DNA of 26,576 nt from a virus (taxonomy: Duplodnaviria; Caudoviricetes), in IMG/VR virus record IMGVR_UViG_3300037420_000738, positions 1 to 26,576 of that record. The stretch is one strand, 5' to 3'. The position numbers and the translations under genes were made by a program. Positions within the stretch are counted from its first letter, which is position 1. The number at the start of each line of letters is the position of its first letter. Under the pieces are notes generated by a model. The model was not told where the DNA came from. It saw only the letters and a program-made list of their open reading frames with translations, and ran no database searches. This document shows positions 25,323-26,576 of the stretch, in pieces.

Positions 25323-25350
25323 TCCTATCGCCGGACGCCGGCAACGTGAC

Positions 25351-25395
25351 ATCGGCCCCGCTCTGGTAATCCCGGAGCGGGGCCGGTTCCATTTT
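25351..25395 (+). terminator. Intrinsic terminator
   Basis: 16-bp stem with two G-U pairs, ATCGGCCCCGCTCTGG / CCGGAGCGGGGCCGGT (25351-25387), followed by TCCATTTT. Confidence 0.75.
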
Positions 25396-25411
25396 GAAAG
25401 GCCCGCACGCC

Positions 25412-25738
25412 ATGACGAACCTCTGTAACAATTGCCCTGATCACGAAGCCTGTATGACCGGTTGGACATGCGAGGTTGTGAAGCGCTACACCCCGCCTGC
25501 TCCTCCGGCTTGGACCGACGAAGTCATCGTCCCACCCGTGTTCAAGTACGAGACCCATCGGTCTCTCGACAGTTTCAACCCGCTCGACCTCCGAATCCTG
25601 GAATGCGACGGCTGGTGCCGGTACGGCGACTGCGGTTGGAGGCAATGCGGCGGATGCTGCGGTTGCCTCGGCGGGTGCCAAGTCGCACACGAGAACCAGC
25701 AGATCGCCCCCTTCTTGTGGGAGGGCGATTATGCGTGA
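25412..25738 (+). CDS. Cys-rich hypothetical protein (108 aa, 12 Cys)
   Basis: GAAAGG before ATG 25412; clusters CxxC...C...C and CDGWC...C...CGGCCGCLGGC. Confidence 0.65.
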   Translation: MTNLCNNCPDHEACMTGWTCEVVKRYTPPAPPAWTDEVIVPPVFKYETHRSLDSFNPLDLRILECDGWCRYGDCGWRQCGGCCGCLGGCQVAHENQQIAPFLWEGDYA

Positions 25739-25958
25739 GCAGCGATTCACCAATCGCAAGCGCACTTTGCGCGGACTGGTGATGATCAGCGCAGCCGCTA
25801 AGGATTGCTGCGTCGCCGTGCCCTGCCCTCGGTGCAAAGCGAACAAGGGTTGGCCCTGTTTCTCTGTCAGCGGCATCGACACCCCAACTCCACATGCTGC
25901 TCGATGGGAGGCTTACCGTGCCGCGCTCGACGAAGCAGCAGACTCAGGACGGGCCTGA
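25731..25958 (+). CDS. Small zinc-finger protein (75 aa)
   Basis: GGAGG SD; 'CPRCKANKGWPC...PHAAR' matches the CPxCxAxxGxxC...HxxR finger common in actinophages. Confidence 0.75.
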   Translation: MREQRFTNRKRTLRGLVMISAAAKDCCVAVPCPRCKANKGWPCFSVSGIDTPTPHAARWEAYRAALDEAADSGRA

Positions 25959-26193
25959 CCTGTTCGATCTGCTGGACGAGATAGAACACGGCCCGTCCGC
26001 GTGCCCTCACGTGTACGCCGTGGGGAAGAACGGGAGCGGCTGGGTGGTAGAGACCGCCCCGGATAGCCCGTACTTTCGGGAGTGGGTACACAGCGATCCC
26101 GCGTGCCGCCGCTCCGCCGTCCCCGGGGGCTCCCGGGCCCCGGTTCCTACAATGGGTTGGAGCCGCGAACTACAGAAGGACGTACCGCTGTGA
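25918..26193 (+). CDS. Hypothetical protein (about 91 aa)
   Basis: GGAGG before GTG 25918, in frame with ORF 25894..26193; stop overlaps the next start. Confidence 0.6.
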   Translation: MPRSTKQQTQDGPDLFDLLDEIEHGPSACPHVYAVGKNGSGWVVETAPDSPYFREWVHSDPACRRSAVPGGSRAPVPTMGWSRELQKDVPL

Positions 26194-26363
26194 AGCTCAA
26201 CCACCCCAGATTCCAGCCCAAGTTCAGCGCCAAAGCGACTGACGACTTCTGCCCCAACTCACCGGATGGAGAACACCCATGGCAAGACGTAGCGGCAATC
26301 GACGGACCACCGCTCCCGAACCCACCGAAGCAGATATGCGTGCTCTGCATGAGAAGCCGGTGA
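26190..26363 (+). CDS. Small hypothetical protein with C...H...CxxC motif (57 aa)
   Basis: AAGGA before GTG 26190; GTGA overlaps at both ends; 'FCPNSPDGEHPW...ICVLC'. Confidence 0.6.
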   Translation: MKLNHPRFQPKFSAKATDDFCPNSPDGEHPWQDVAAIDGPPLPNPPKQICVLCMRSR

Positions 26364-26576
26364 AGGCGGACACCGAACTCATCGCAATCGACCCCGGAGA
26401 CCGATGGACAGGGGTGGCGTTCTTTGCGACCGACGACGACGGGGCGTGGTACTGTCAAGACGCACAAGAGTTCTCGCCCCACGAGTTCGAGGACGCACTG
26501 GCTGAACTGCTGCTGCGGGATCGCACGGCACCGCCACCCATCATCGTCTATGAGAAGTGGCGTCTTTATGCCGACC
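26360..26576 (+). CDS. RuvC-like Holliday junction resolvase, 3' truncated (absent from the ORF track)
   Basis: Manual translation from GTG 26360: MKADTELIAIDPGDRWTGVAFF...IIVYEKWRLYAD; 'IAIDPG...TG' and 'VYE' are RNase H-fold RuvC motifs. Confidence 0.8.
   Translation, partial: MKADTELIAIDPGDRWTGVAFFATDDDGAWYCQDAQEFSPHEFEDALAELLLRDRTAPPPIIVYEKWRLYAD

Larger units (their letters stand above)
1..26576 (+). mobile_element. Tailed bacteriophage genome segment (siphovirus-like, probable actinobacterial host): head-tail-lysis and start of non-structural region
   Basis: Canonical head/neck/tail/tape measure/fibre/lysis gene order, tightly packed co-oriented genes with many overlapping stop/start junctions, high GC. 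No integrase or host housekeeping context in the window, so prophage versus free phage cannot be decided. Confidence 0.97.

Overview
The whole window is a contiguous piece of a high-GC, long-tailed (siphovirus-like) actinobacteriophage genome, with all credible genes on the + strand. Order: end of a MuF-like head protein; a 640-aa multidomain protein with a 2H phosphoesterase domain; Mu-I-like prohead protease with nested scaffold; decoration and major capsid proteins; neck and tail genes, including a chaperone with a -1 frameshift site, tape measure, minor tails and a tail fibre with a C-terminal S74-like chaperone; a lysis cassette (membrane proteins, Asp-Pro repeat protein, M15 endolysin, EEP-family enzyme, holin). 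After a terminator come promoter-led non-structural units: a phage-encoded adenylosuccinate lyase (PurB-like), an HTH regulator, a SNF2-type helicase, Cys-rich small proteins and the start of a RuvC-like resolvase. The two best leads are (1) the PurB homolog, which could complete a 2-aminoadenine (Z-DNA) or other modified-purine pathway that known Z phages finish with host PurB, and (2) a probable protease-processed head polyprotein whose linkers carry the same D-L-[S/A/T] motif that recurs 10 times downstream of the protease domain and which could deliver an Acb1-like 2H enzyme. All family assignments come from motif recognition by eye; no searches were run.
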